This document shows positions 13,511-25,921 of a stretch of 64,000 nucleotides of DNA, piece by piece. Positions within the stretch are counted from its first letter, which is position 1. The number at the start of each line of letters is the position of its first letter. This DNA is from Rotaria socialis (taxonomy: Eukaryota): contig CAJNYD010000117.1 of NCBI GenBank assembly GCA_905331295.1, positions 186,001 through 250,000 of the forward strand, given 5' to 3'. A program made the position numbers and the translations under genes. The notes below the pieces were generated by a model, which was not told the origin of the DNA, made no database searches, and worked only from the letters and a program-made list of their open reading frames with translations.

Positions 13511-14207
13511 TCTTCAACGTCATCTCTTCAGATGGAAATATTGTTATTTTGTTTTTGTAAATTATTGTTGAATTCGTTATACATAGAAAGATAAGTTTGT
13601 AAATATGTTTTTTTGGTAATTTTTGTTATTATTTGAAATAAATTGCATAAGTTTATCATTAAAGGTCTATGTACATGTTGGTATTATCCTTTTCAAACAT
13701 ATGATTATAGTTTGAGAGTACATAAATCTTTACTTTTGAAAGTGTGAATTTCTTGTGGGAAAACGGGATTAACAGACTTCGTAGTCGTCCTATGTTTCCT
13801 ATAACCGCGAGGTTCTTTTCCCTACATAGTCGAATGTTACTCATTAATGTCTGAAACAAAGCATTTATCCCACACACTGCTAGATATACGTATGAATATT
13901 TCCACTAGAAATCAACTTGATTGTCGTGCGACGAGACTTCTCGATGTATGTGAAGGTGCAAACAGTCGTATAGTATAAATGAGCAACTCTTTTTTCTCAG
14001 AACCTCATTTGTTGTTGATCAATGCTTTGTCTCAACCTCTTCAAAAATTATCATATAAGCGTATATCTTATTTCCTTCACGTTTTATCCGAAAAAATAAT
14101 TTGTATAAAAATCAACAATGTAGTTACATGTATAAAAAAAACTAAGTACGCTATGTATATATAAAGAAAATCGAAAACGCGCTTAATAATAAACAAAGTG
14201 TTTGATA

Positions 14208-14763
14208 TCACATTTCAGAAACTTCGTCATTCTTTTTCTCCTTATTATTTCTACGAACAATTTTAATGGATACTTGACGTTGAACAGCACATATGATCAT
14301 ATGGTCCATATAGACATCTTTGTTTCTAAGAGATCGACGGCAAAGTTGACATTTAAATAATGTCTAAATGAAAAATACGATTATATTTTCGATCATGTTT
14401 ATATACGTATAAAAGAAAAGATACCACTGTAGACGGCATCAAACAATTAATAGAATGAGATGATTTTGTAACTTTTGACATTATCGGTGAAACTCGAGGT
14501 GAAAGCGATAAACGTTCGTCACTGTCACTATCATTTGCTATTGTTGAATTATTAATAATTTTTCTTTTATTCGATACATCATCTTGGTCGGTGCGTTTTC
14601 TTTTGGTATGAATTGGCTTGTACCTAATACAAAAATGTTGACAGAAAATAGTTCCTTTGTTTTTAGGATCGACTTTAATTAACTATTACCCATTTTCTAT
14701 TGCATTCGATAATGTTTGTTGTTCTAACCATAATGCTGCCATTCTAGCCAATAAATGACCCAT
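14208..14763 (-). CDS. Small nuclear protein with one C2HC zinc finger (3 exons; start may lie further upstream)
   Basis: Spliced product MGHLLARMAALWLEQ...KRKRTDQDDVSNKRK (NLS-like)...TLFKCQLCRRSLRNKDVYMDHMIIC (C-x2-C-x12-H-x3-C). Not present in the ORF track. Confidence 0.7.
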
Positions 14764-16046
14764 AAATATACTTTTGAAAATTAACGGAAAAAATGTGACC
14801 AAAAGAAATGAATACAATGTGCTACTGTAGAAAATCAAGGGTTAAAATAGATTTCGAGAGAAAGAAAAAGAAATGAACGATGAACATTCAATTTGTCCTC
14901 GATAGCGTAACGTAGAGAAAGAAAGTGAATCCAAATAAAACACCAATAGTAATAAGATGCATTTAATTTTGATTGGAGTTTGAAAAAAAAAAGATTTCTT
15001 AGGAAATTGTTTGACATTTGTTTTTTCATAAGGTGCCACGAGCAGATATAACACGAAAATTTACAAGCACAATGCTTGTGATTCATCTATATTCTCATGT
15101 TTTCTCTCTTTCGAATATTATTTTTATTATAACGTTATTTCTATTTATAAACTCAATCAAATTATTCTATTCGACAGATAAACAATGGTATCGAATTAAT
15201 ATTTTTTTCGCAATAATATATCCCTAAATTGCTTTACAATGGATAATGAATATTTTCAAATGTGTACATTATTGTTTAACTTTATTATTTTAAGAATCTA
15301 TAGCTATTCTTGTTAACATAATAATTGAGCGATTTTTAAACACAATCTCATTTTTTCAATATAATTGATTAAAAAATGTCATATTTTATATAGGTCATAC
15401 AAAATAAATATGTCTATGTTTTTATCGACTCTAATTGTAATACAATTTATTACCAGTGAGAATGAGCTTGATATACATTGTCTCTTCGACCTTACAGAAT
15501 GATCAACTATTGGATTCCTCTGATTTAATGATATCAATTTTCGATTATATGGTACTCATTGTTCCTTATTCTTAAGTATATGTGTTTTTTTTCTGTCGAT
15601 TTTTTGAGCACGTCATATCATTCAAAAAATATGCTACGTATCTTTGTAAAAGTAATGAAACATGAATTAGATTCGGTGTTGATCTAATCGAAATAAGTTG
15701 AAATTAATGTGATTATATTATTAGTTTAAAAGCTATGGAAAAAAAGAAGTTGTGTTAGTTATGTTGAATTTTGGGATTAATCAAGCAATGGGAAAAATTA
15801 TAATAATTTTCTTTTTTATAAGTTTCATGATTAATGAATTCATGTTCATGTGTTTGCAAATGATTTTGAACGAGATACTCGCGTAATTTTAACATTAACA
15901 TTTTTTGTACTGTGGCTTGATAGTTTAACTTTATCGTTTTGTTTTTGATTATTGCTGTGCAATGAATTTCGTTGAACGCCACTTGACTTGAATGGTTCAT
16001 TCGATATGCCATGACGTATGTTAGATATTACTGGTGGGAAATTTTA

Positions 16047-18446
16047 TTAGGGTAATGTTATAAAACTTGCATGTGATGTTTGAGCCTTATTTGGTAAACT
16101 TGATCGATTTACTTTGCTGGTACATACTGAACCAGCCGAATCTATTGTTGAAAATGATTTATCTGATAGTTGTGTATTTTCTTGAGACAGAATATTGGAT
16201 TTCACTACCTTGATAATATTACCATCTGGTGTCATTGACATTTCTCTTGGTAATTTTATCACGGTCACAAATGAAATAGTCTCAGTATTAGCTTTGTCAA
16301 GTGAATTTCTTCGTTACGATTTGAAGGCTTTTGTATTTTTGTTTCCTTCATTTGTCAACGGTCTGTCTATTCGGCTGATGCGAGTCACAGACTTAGTCGC
16401 TGGTAGATCGCAAATAGGGATTAGTCTTCAAGGTGCTAGCGCTCGTTGGTGCTCTGCGTACGGATGTGCTGTTCTTAGAACCGAATGGCTCAATCACGCA
16501 ACTTTAGCGCGATAATTTATTCTTGAAAGGAAGTTGCATTTCAGTTGATATAATTGATGATTTTATTGTAGAGATAGATTCTGATCGATTTGAAAATAGA
16601 CGTGCCTTATCATTCATCGATAAGTATTTACTTGGTTTCTTCTTGCTTTCTCTATCTGCTCGACGGCGACGACGTCTCCCAGCACTAAAGAAACAAAAGA
16701 ACACATTCAATTTGCACAAGGCATTTATCGATTAAAATAAACTTGCAATAGCCACCACCACCACCACCAACAACAACAACATAAACTCAATAGAACTAGA
16801 AATGTTGCTGCTGTAGTTGTCCTCGTAAAAGTTATCGTAGCCGTGGTAATTGTTGTAGTGGTACTTATTGTACTGGTAGTTGTCCTAAAAAGCAGAGAGT
16901 TGCATTAAATCTTGGTGGAAGACAGGATCCGAAATCAGAGTTAGCATACTCATGGGTCTGAAAGTATGTCCCATATTATTGATATTGCGCAATAACTTAC
17001 GTTGTAGTTGTGGTTACTGGAGCTTCGCCAGGGCCTATTAATGATAGATTTCATGATTAGATAAATAAAAATAAAGGTTGAATTAGATTTTTACATAAAA
17101 GAGAGGGACCAGCAGGAATAACTGTTAAATGTAAGGCAATATTGATCTGATTGTATTTGTGCGCTAAATGCAAGATAAAAAAAATATACCATGAATTCTA
17201 TTATAAAACAACGTGTAGGTTACTTGTCAGTAGCAACAGCACAGTAAACTTGAGATCCTAACTGCATTGTTGTTGGTATCCATGTTTCAGTGATGGTCCA
17301 TTTATTGCTTGCCACCGCAACAATGCTACCTTTAATCATGCAAAGTGGTGGCATTATAAAGTAGTATCACTACATCCTTGGACAACTGTCGATATAAGCG
17401 TAAATGTCTGACCAAACTACAACTGCTGTACATTCCGCTAGATCCGAGCTAATCTCAGGCTTTACTGGACAGACAGCGAATATCACAGCATAATATTGTC
17501 CTACCACTTTACCTTTGTTATTAAATGTCAACGTACAGCTTTTAGCATCTAACACACTGCCTGGTGCTGCTTGACAGACATCACCACATTCATCCAGTGC
17601 AGCTGTCTTACGAGCCCAACGCCAACTAATATATAAAAATCAATCTACTTTATGCACATAGATACTAGAAAACGTAAAAGCTACCTGGTATAGTTATTAT
17701 CAGCATCGATCACCGGAATCGTTATATCAGTCAATGTATTTATTGAAACTTCGATAGCTAGACAAAAAGAAGAACATACGTAAGTATCGAAGAGTGAATG
17801 ACTTAAGAGACAATTTCTCACGTGAAATAACGGTTGCAACTGGCGAAGTATTAATCAATCCATCTGGTCTAGGCGTCAAATCAACAGAAGTTCACATAGA
17901 CCAACCAGCACTTGCACTGTAACAAGTGACTCCGGTTGTTGCTCCTGAACCACCAGAGTTGGATTTGGTCTTGCTTTTCCTTCTTCCACTTGAACCACAA
18001 TTTGATGATTGAAGACCAATCCAACCGCTACCTTGAAAAACTACACAAAATGCAGAACCAGCCGTGATATTTTCAACAGTAGAAATTTGTCCTGAACTGG
18101 AGTCAACGAGAGCGCTGAAATCAGTACAATATTCAGCTATACTTACTGCAGTATAAGAGCCACATGGAGTAGAAGTTGTAGTACATTGAAGGTTTGCATT
18201 TACACCGGATATTGTAGGTGATTCATTCACTATTGTGGACTGATCACAGGCTGTTGGCGAACTGAAAGAATGTTTCCATTGATACGATTCTGTGAACATG
18301 ATAACTAATTTACCATTGCTATCAGTATTATCCACTGGTTTTCATGTCACGGTTCCACCATAGAAATGGCTCGCTTCAGTAGAGACACAACAGAGTAGTA
18401 AAACTATTTCTATCATATTGATATTGACAATTAATACAGATGTCAT
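16047..18446 (-). pseudogene. Disrupted type I membrane protein with an HFYGGTVTW-type N-terminus (adhesion/Sib-like ectodomain), Thr stalk, CCCCWWWWW/poly-Arg juxtamembrane region and long Ser-rich tail
   Basis: Signal peptide + SHFYGGTVT*KP (TGA 18342-18344), WSM*TSVDLTPRPDGLINTSP (TGA 17892-17894), TAG-TGA at ~17367-17372, an apparent +1 frameshift near 17127 and frameshifts in the tail. Splice sites are still recognisable. Confidence 0.75.
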
Positions 18447-21288
18447 TTAAAGGAAATGAATGTAGCTATGTAAAATTCGTTACATCACGAAACTCACAGT
18501 CACATATGAAATGAATATATTTTTGAAGTTTTGCGATGGATAAGAAATAATATTTTCTGATTTTCTGAATAAATTATTCTCTGTGATCGAGAGAAGCCTT
18601 ATAAACAATTGGTATGGACAACCTTTCATACTGCATGAGAATGCTCTTTTTACTTCAATGGACGAAAATAATTCGACGAGTTTGTGTTAAAAAAACAGAA
18701 AAACATTCGAAAGAACAATTATTCTATGAATCAGAGCTCCTATGAACCAAATAAAGAGTAGTTCAGAGAACTTGTTGATTATGAGAAAGTCTTGTTTAGA
18801 GGATGTTTGTCTATGTTGTTGTTGGTAAAAAAAAAAGATGATCCATAATTTCTCAGAAATCAAACTTTCACTAAAACAATCATCAATCTTTTGAACGATT
18901 ATAAGGTTACTTAAGTGAATAGGTGCCGACTCAATTGGACAATTTGCTGTACATTCATGTGGAATGTGTTGTTTATTCACTGTTAGCAAATCAGTCAGTG
19001 TCTTTGTTTTTTTCTCTTCTGCGTGCAATGCACATTAATGATTTTATTATTTTTCTGATTATTCTTTGTTTGGAAGCTTTTCTCTTCCGTGGTTTTCTTT
19101 TCATAGACATTACAGTTCTTAAAAAATTGGAGAAAAAAAAGAAGCCCAGGTACTTTTTCTTCTCGAAAAAGTCAACAGAATGTATTGTTGAACTGTAGTA
19201 ACGAGTATCACAGGTGTTTGCATTTCATGTTTTGTGGGGGACCATACAAAAATGTCGAAAGGAAGTCATACTAGACTGTTTTTTCTTATTAGCACAAGAA
19301 ACCGTATAAGTTTAAAAAAAACATATCTTTTTTTCAGTATTGTTTGTGATAAACCTGTTTACCTAATATTAAAATCGATCCAATTCAATAGATTTCATAT
19401 TAAGATAATAATGGTGATACAAATACAATTAAATAACTGAATTTTATTTTTGATGATCAAGAAGAAAAATATTCTTAAAAACAGTAATTTCCTCCTTATC
19501 TCGGTAACTAAACAATAATTCAATTAAGTTTTGTCAAATTTCCGATGTGAATACGCATGATAGTGCAGTGAAGCTTTTATTCGACTCACATTTGTCATAT
19601 CTTTTTTATAATCAAAATTTTCATATTTTCTGAAGACAGAATAATTGACAAGTCGCTTCTCATGCGCTAACAAAGAGCCTGTAGATTAAAAATTCTCAAT
19701 ACAAAAAAATAGTATTATGTTACTACTCTCATGTTTATTCCAAATCTAATAATAATTTCGCAACATATGCAAGATGTTGATATGAATAGAACTCCGTCAG
19801 GTAGACACTTCAGCAGGCGCATGACAACTATGAGATGAAAAATTATTCAGAAACGAAAAAGTATCATTTGAAGTAGAACTTAACCGTGTCCTCTGATCTG
19901 TTGTTATTGCTATCAATCAGTAGCTGATCTCGGTTGATTCAGATAATTTTTTTCTACCACCATCGAGTAGTGTCACATGTCCGAAATTTTGGAGATGCAC
20001 CCACATGCTGAGTGATGCCCATCCCTCGCATAAGATGTCACCGTCTGTCGCTCCGATTATTTTTTTCCCTTAGAAATATGCAAACAGAATACTAATCATC
20101 ATATATAAGTCTTTTACTGCTTTAACAAATAGAATGTAACTAATGCTCACTGTGAGTCAATCCATTGATTTCTAAATTTCTAAACAAGAAGGATAGCAGA
20201 AGATTTTAGCGCTAATTAAAAGATATTAAAATTAAAAATACGATAGAATAGTGTTGAATAGACCTATCGGATACTCACTAGAGCGCTGTTGACCTGACGG
20301 GATACGTATCAGTCGAAGTTTGAAATGCTTCCACGTACTCAACTCATCTAGATTTTTCTTTTGACAAAACATGTAGTGACGTACGATGCCAAGGAAAGAG
20401 TTCAAGAGGCTTAGCCATTCTAACCGAGAATTTTGATGTTGTCCTGACAAGCAGGCTTCAACAATAAAAAAATAGCACCCTCCTATTCTACTCGAATTCA
20501 GTATGTTCTTTGTTGTATTTTAATGTTCCATGCAGCTTTCATTCATAGTATTTGTTTTACTTCCGAAACCAACAGCACTCAGAATAAGTGTAGTTCTTCA
20601 TGTGTTGTACTCTTTGTTGACTTTCGTTTCATGTAAGTCTGACATTCTACAATAGATTATTTTTTTTGTTGTCAGGAAGTTGTAGTAAAAGAATCATCGT
20701 AGTAGCACAAACAAAAATTATGTCAATAATAGACGAAGACAGATATATTGCCTGTGGCGGAAAGGACTTGTGCGATTTTATGATCAATCGACATGACTTT
20801 ATGTGTCTAATGTTTATTGAAATATCTAGCGCTGAAAACATATTGCGATGTTATCCATCTTAGGTTTCATTTTATTATATTTTAGGAGGGAGATTACGTG
20901 AGATTATTTTTTCATTCATTGATAGATTAACTAAAGACACCAATCAATCACAGCGTTGGAAAGTGACAACATAAAAACACCAGGTGCTTCAATTTTGGTA
21001 ATCTTCTTTGGCAAAAGAATATTGAATTCCAACTAGATGTGTGAAGCGAACCTCGTAAAAGTTGTCCTTATCATTATATTTTCACTATTATTATGAAAGA
21101 ACATACGTATTCCTCCTCTGGTGTTGAGCGACCTCTTTTGAGTCACCTTTTCCTCGTCTTCTGTCAATCAATTGGATAAAAATATGCAATGTGTTCCATT
21201 CCATCCATCCATGTTTCCTTGTTTTTAACAATTTTTGAATTTACAGTAGTATCGCTCATTTTTTTGTGACTGTTCTTGTAATTGACAG

Positions 21289-22350
21289 ATGACAAATTTT
21301 ACATCATCCGCCCTTGTTATACACCATTCCAATCATGCTCATGGACATCAAACAGCGCCTGATGTTGTTGTCGATGCTTTACCGTATTATGATAGTGGAT
21401 ATGATGAACCGGGCGCACGTGAAGCGGTAAGTCAATGCTAACTTCTTGTTTCAATGCCTCACTACTGATCTGATTTTAGGCTCTGAGTTTAGTAGAAGAT
21501 GAAACCCGCCGTTATAAACCAACAAAAAACTATCTTGAACAACTTGGTCAACCACTGTATCATACATTTGAAGTAATTTCGACATCGTAATTCAATCAAA
21601 TAGTTTTTTTCATTTGTAACATTTTCAGACAGAAATAATGAAAGTAGAATTCGAACGACTTTCCAATCGATTACCTATGGAAATGTTAAGCATGAAACGG
21701 TATAGTACTAGAAAAGTCTTTTTTTCTAACAAATTTTACTTTATACTTTTTTTAAAAACAGCTATGAATTACCGGCACCACCATCTGGTAAACAAACTGA
21801 TTTTACAGCATGGAATGAATGCGTTGAAAATTCTTATGCTCAGCTTGAACATCAACAAACACGGTATAGGAAAAGAAAGAAAAAATATCCATCAATAGAA
21901 AAACCAATCTTTACTTTAGAATTCTTAATCTTGAATTGATGTGGGATTATGGAGCAAATACATGGAAAATCTATAATACAACATTGCAAACAATGTTAGA
22001 ACAAGCACAAAAACAATTGCTAGAACTTAGGTAAATCGGTTTTTTTCGAATTCATTTAAAACTATTTTTCTTCTGTAATCTTTTAAGAAAACATATTCAA
22101 GAAATTAATTTTCAACGTAAAAATGAACAAACACAAGCAGGAACTAAATTAAGTACACTCGAACAAACGTAAGATAAATAGCGAATTTTGCTATTGTATT
22201 CTCATATGTCTATGTATATATTTATATAGATGGGTTGGTCTTGTTGGAAAAAATTATGAAATTGAATGTGCTATTAATGAACTAGAAAAAGACGTTGGAA
22301 GTATACGAAAACAAACAAAATCGAATGGGATTGTAGCATCGGAGCAATGA
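21289..22350 (+). CDS. BCAS2: Pre-mRNA splicing factor SPF27/BCAS2 (7 exons)
   Basis: Spliced peptide contains [73 protein letters not shown] and [14 protein letters not shown], all hallmark BCAS2 motifs. Confidence 0.95.
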
Positions 22351-22517
22351 GAGATTCGAAAGAAAAAAAGAACATTGTGTTTTGTAAATTTTTTTGTTGT
22401 CTTTGTTAAAACTTTAAAATAAAAAAGAGAACATTCTTCGTGAAACTAACGAGAATAAAAAGGCGAGCTTCAACGAAAAGAAAGTAGTGTAGTCGAATTT
22501 GATTCATTTCTATATAA

Positions 22518-23078
22518 ATGATAATGAATATGATTTACATTGTAGATGAAATGATTCGGTTCGGTTGGATAAATAGTTTGTTAGGCAGTTGTCTAATTTC
22601 TTTATGTTGTCCATGTTGTTTCTTACCATTATTATTAAATTTATTCGGTGTTGGATGCGCTGGATTAAATACTTTTCTTTCACCCTATCGACCTGTATTT
22701 ATTTCACTTACTGTAATTTCGTTGACTTATTCATATTTTCGTTATCGTCCATCAAAATGGCAATTTACCGGGATTATTATTTTAGCAATATTTCTATCAT
22801 TTTCACCTGATATTATTCGTATGTATAATAATCAATCGTCGACTAGTGACACATTAGATAGAAATCTTATTGTAACACATTGGCAAGTAATAGGAATGCA
22901 TTGTGAATCATGTCGTTCGGCTGCTATTCGATCATTCCAAAAAGTGAATGGAGTTCTCAGTGTTAATGTTGATCTAGAAACTGGCCAAGCGGATTTAATT
23001 GCAACTGTTCCTATAGACGATGATGTTATTATTCAAGCTGTAGAATCGGCTGGTTTTCAAATTTATAAAATGATATAA
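22518..23078 (+). CDS. MerT-like membrane domain fused to a C-terminal heavy-metal-associated (HMA) domain; intronless CDS (start may be ATG 22551)
   Basis: Three hydrophobic segments with CCPCC in the first (22605-22619) and LSPYRPVFI, resembling MerT (CC...L.PYRP.FI). The C-terminal HMA domain has GMHCESC (22893-22913) and AVESAGF. Confidence 0.85.
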   Translation: MIMNMIYIVDEMIRFGWINSLLGSCLISLCCPCCFLPLLLNLFGVGCAGLNTFLSPYRPVFISLTVISLTYSYFRYRPSKWQFTGIIILAIFLSFSPDIIRMYNNQSSTSDTLDRNLIVTHWQVIGMHCESCRSAAIRSFQKVNGVLSVNVDLETGQADLIATVPIDDDVIIQAVESAGFQIYKMI

Positions 23079-25921
23079 AATTCTACTATATCCACTAATG
23101 TTCTGAAAACTTCTATGATTATATTTTATTACAAGTTCTCACTTTCTATAATTATTTATGAAATATTGTTTTTTTCTTTGTAAAGTGTAATCATTATTAT
23201 AAAGATAAATTCTGCTTTTTACTCAAATGAAGTTGGGCTTTGATAATAATTTAATTATCAGCAACACTAAACAAAGTGGCATTACTTCTGTAAAAAAAAT
23301 AGTCCATTCTAAATAAAAATTCATGACATTCATAGAAATATATGAACGAGAACGTATGATAGATTTTCGTTGAACATCTTTAAAATTATGATGTTTGAAT
23401 AACACTTCAAAGATTGTATCTGCTATTTCAATGCGTTTTTATCAACAAATTCCAGATGCCCCAGAAAGAGCTAATATGAAGAACGACTGTTGAGGGTGAA
23501 CACGTATGAAAACAATCTCTCAGAATTTTATCAAAGCACAATAGTACATCTGGACTATGCCTTTTTTTTAGGAAACTAACAGATTCCACTCTGAATTTTT
23601 AATAGTTGATGTTAAATATCACGTAGAAAATTATGAAAGTACAGCGACATATATGTCAAACATTACTAGTTCTTCTAAGCTTCCGCCGTGATTTTTCTTG
23701 AGTGGTTGAAAGTTACTTAAAGAATCAATAGTACTCTTCGATAAGTTTCTTCTCTCTCCACACTCAAAACTTTGATGAGTGCCGAGGTGTCAAAATGCAT
23801 CCGAGAAGTCGGAAATGAAAGCTCGATGAGATATAGTTTTTGACTACTCGAAATCTGATGGACAACAATAAGCTTGGTATACAACTCCTACTTAAATTAT
23901 ATTATGTTGACGTGATTTGAAAATTCAGATAAATAACAGAAATATCTACGATTTGAACGCGAACGAAAACTATAGTCTGTATTGATAAATAAACCTGTAG
24001 ACTATAACATCTATTATACTGCTAGCTGCAACACTTGGTAATATGTATCATATTCTATAAGGATGAATTTTTCTAAGTCAAAATGAACTCCCAAAAGAAA
24101 TAACCAGCTGTAGTGCCGTTCATGTATCCATAGCAAGTCTACAAGAACCACTGACCCAAAAATAATTTCAATATGTCCCATATCTGTCGAGTGTATTTTC
24201 TTACTTTATTTGATAGTGACTAGAAAACTTCAAATATTCTTGATTAAAGTCTGCCTATGAAATCTGATTAGGTAGCGACATCTGGTATACGTGACCAAAA
24301 TTAGTCTGACAATATGGTAATTTTGTTTTATTTTGAATTTTACATTGACATACCACTCGTTTCATGTCAATCAACGGTTAGATAATTGAATGATTGATTG
24401 GCACAGTAATTGGCTGAATATGATTTTAAGTTATTTCAATATGCAAATAATATCTTGCAACACAATCGATAGATTGTCTCATGTCATGAGAAAAGAGTCA
24501 TTTAAAATAGTGATTAGGAAAGAAAAAAAAACAAAGAACTTGTCATCATTTGACTAGCAATCGTTTGAATGTGAGTAAATACGTTTGTAATAGTATTGTA
24601 TTCACTACTCTATTTTAATGATTCAAGTCAGTTCAACAGCTGTTACGTTTACAGTTAGTTTTTCGTTCGTATTGGCTTTTGACCAATTGCGATTGTTAAC
24701 TTAGTTTTAGATTGTTTTTCTTTCGTATATTTGATTCTATTCAGAACTTTTAAGATAACTAATTTTTTTTTATCATTTATACGGACATATTGCTTCCTGT
24801 ATATTGTTTTCGCACTATCTGGGAGCGTAGACGATGAAGTTAGCTGAATTCATTTAATGATAATCATAATGATAGATTTAATTCATGCCCGACGACTTTC
24901 ACGATTAATATTTCTTCTTCTATTCGGTGGCCACCTACTACTAGATAAACAATATTTTTGCTTCGCCAGTCGTGTTGATGAAGGTAAGCTTGTGCCATTT
25001 TCCATATCGATTCTTTACAATATGCGTCATCGACTAGACCAAACATAGAATTTGTCTCAGCCATGTTATTATTATTTGTTCATGTGTCTCCTACTTGGCT
25101 TATCTTATTTTTCATGATGCTGATTAAACACCTATTATTATCAATAAAGTGCAGTTCAAAGAGCACACGTCTTGCTATTTTCTGAATTTAATATTCTCTC
25201 ATGAAATAGAAACTTTTTTCAGTTGTTGTTTTGTCACTTGCGCCGAGACAAAATGCACAATAAGAGGCGCAAGAGATAGAAAGAAAAATAATATATATAT
25301 ATATATCTCATCAAAAAGTCTCGTCATTACTTTTCTTGATGAAATCGAACTTTAGTGCGTGAACAGAAAACTAAAAGTTAATTATTTTAATAATCAATAT
25401 AACCTTCTGATCATAGAACTGTGTATTTAATGTTAATTTTAAGATAACCCAATGATAATTTAATCTCGTTGTTCCTGACAAATGTCGAGTACTATGCTGT
25501 TGCAGTATGCGTTAGAGAATCGAACCAGTGTTGTTGCCTCAAGCTGTAATTTCTTTTTCTTGTTTTTTTTTGTCTCTTATATGCAGTAGCGAAGCACGCG
25601 CAACTTTTTCTTTTTCCTTGGAAAGCCCATATTATGAACGTCATTCATTGTCGGCCGGAGAAAAAAAAAGATCTAAAGATAGCGAGAGAAAAATAGAAAT
25701 TCTCGTATAGAGGAGAAAAAAAATCTGAACAAAAACAAGAAGACTATCGGACGAGTTCTACATGCTGGCAACGACAGTATACTGTTTTGTGTGCGTGTGA
25801 ACCAACATACACGCTTGCAACGTTACCGGTGAAGATATTCATTGTATTGAAGTAATATTATATTTATATATATATATATATATACATACACACATATACA
25901 TACACGAAAATAACGATAAAA

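Noticed and set aside
17892..18344. Two in-frame TGA codons as selenocysteine, Trp recoding or readthrough
   Set aside because: The same gene also has a TAG and frameshifts, and other genes in the window use TGA as a normal stop.
19700..20870. Short ORFs on both strands
   Set aside because: No coherent exon chain or motif; may be decayed sequence.
22518..23078. Bacterial contaminant contig or mer operon
   Set aside because: The gene is embedded between intron-rich metazoan genes with matching AT content, and no merR, merA or other operon genes are present.
24857..25710. Short ORFs upstream of NPDC1
   Set aside because: Overlapping 60-70 aa frames without motifs, consistent with chance or promoter DNA.
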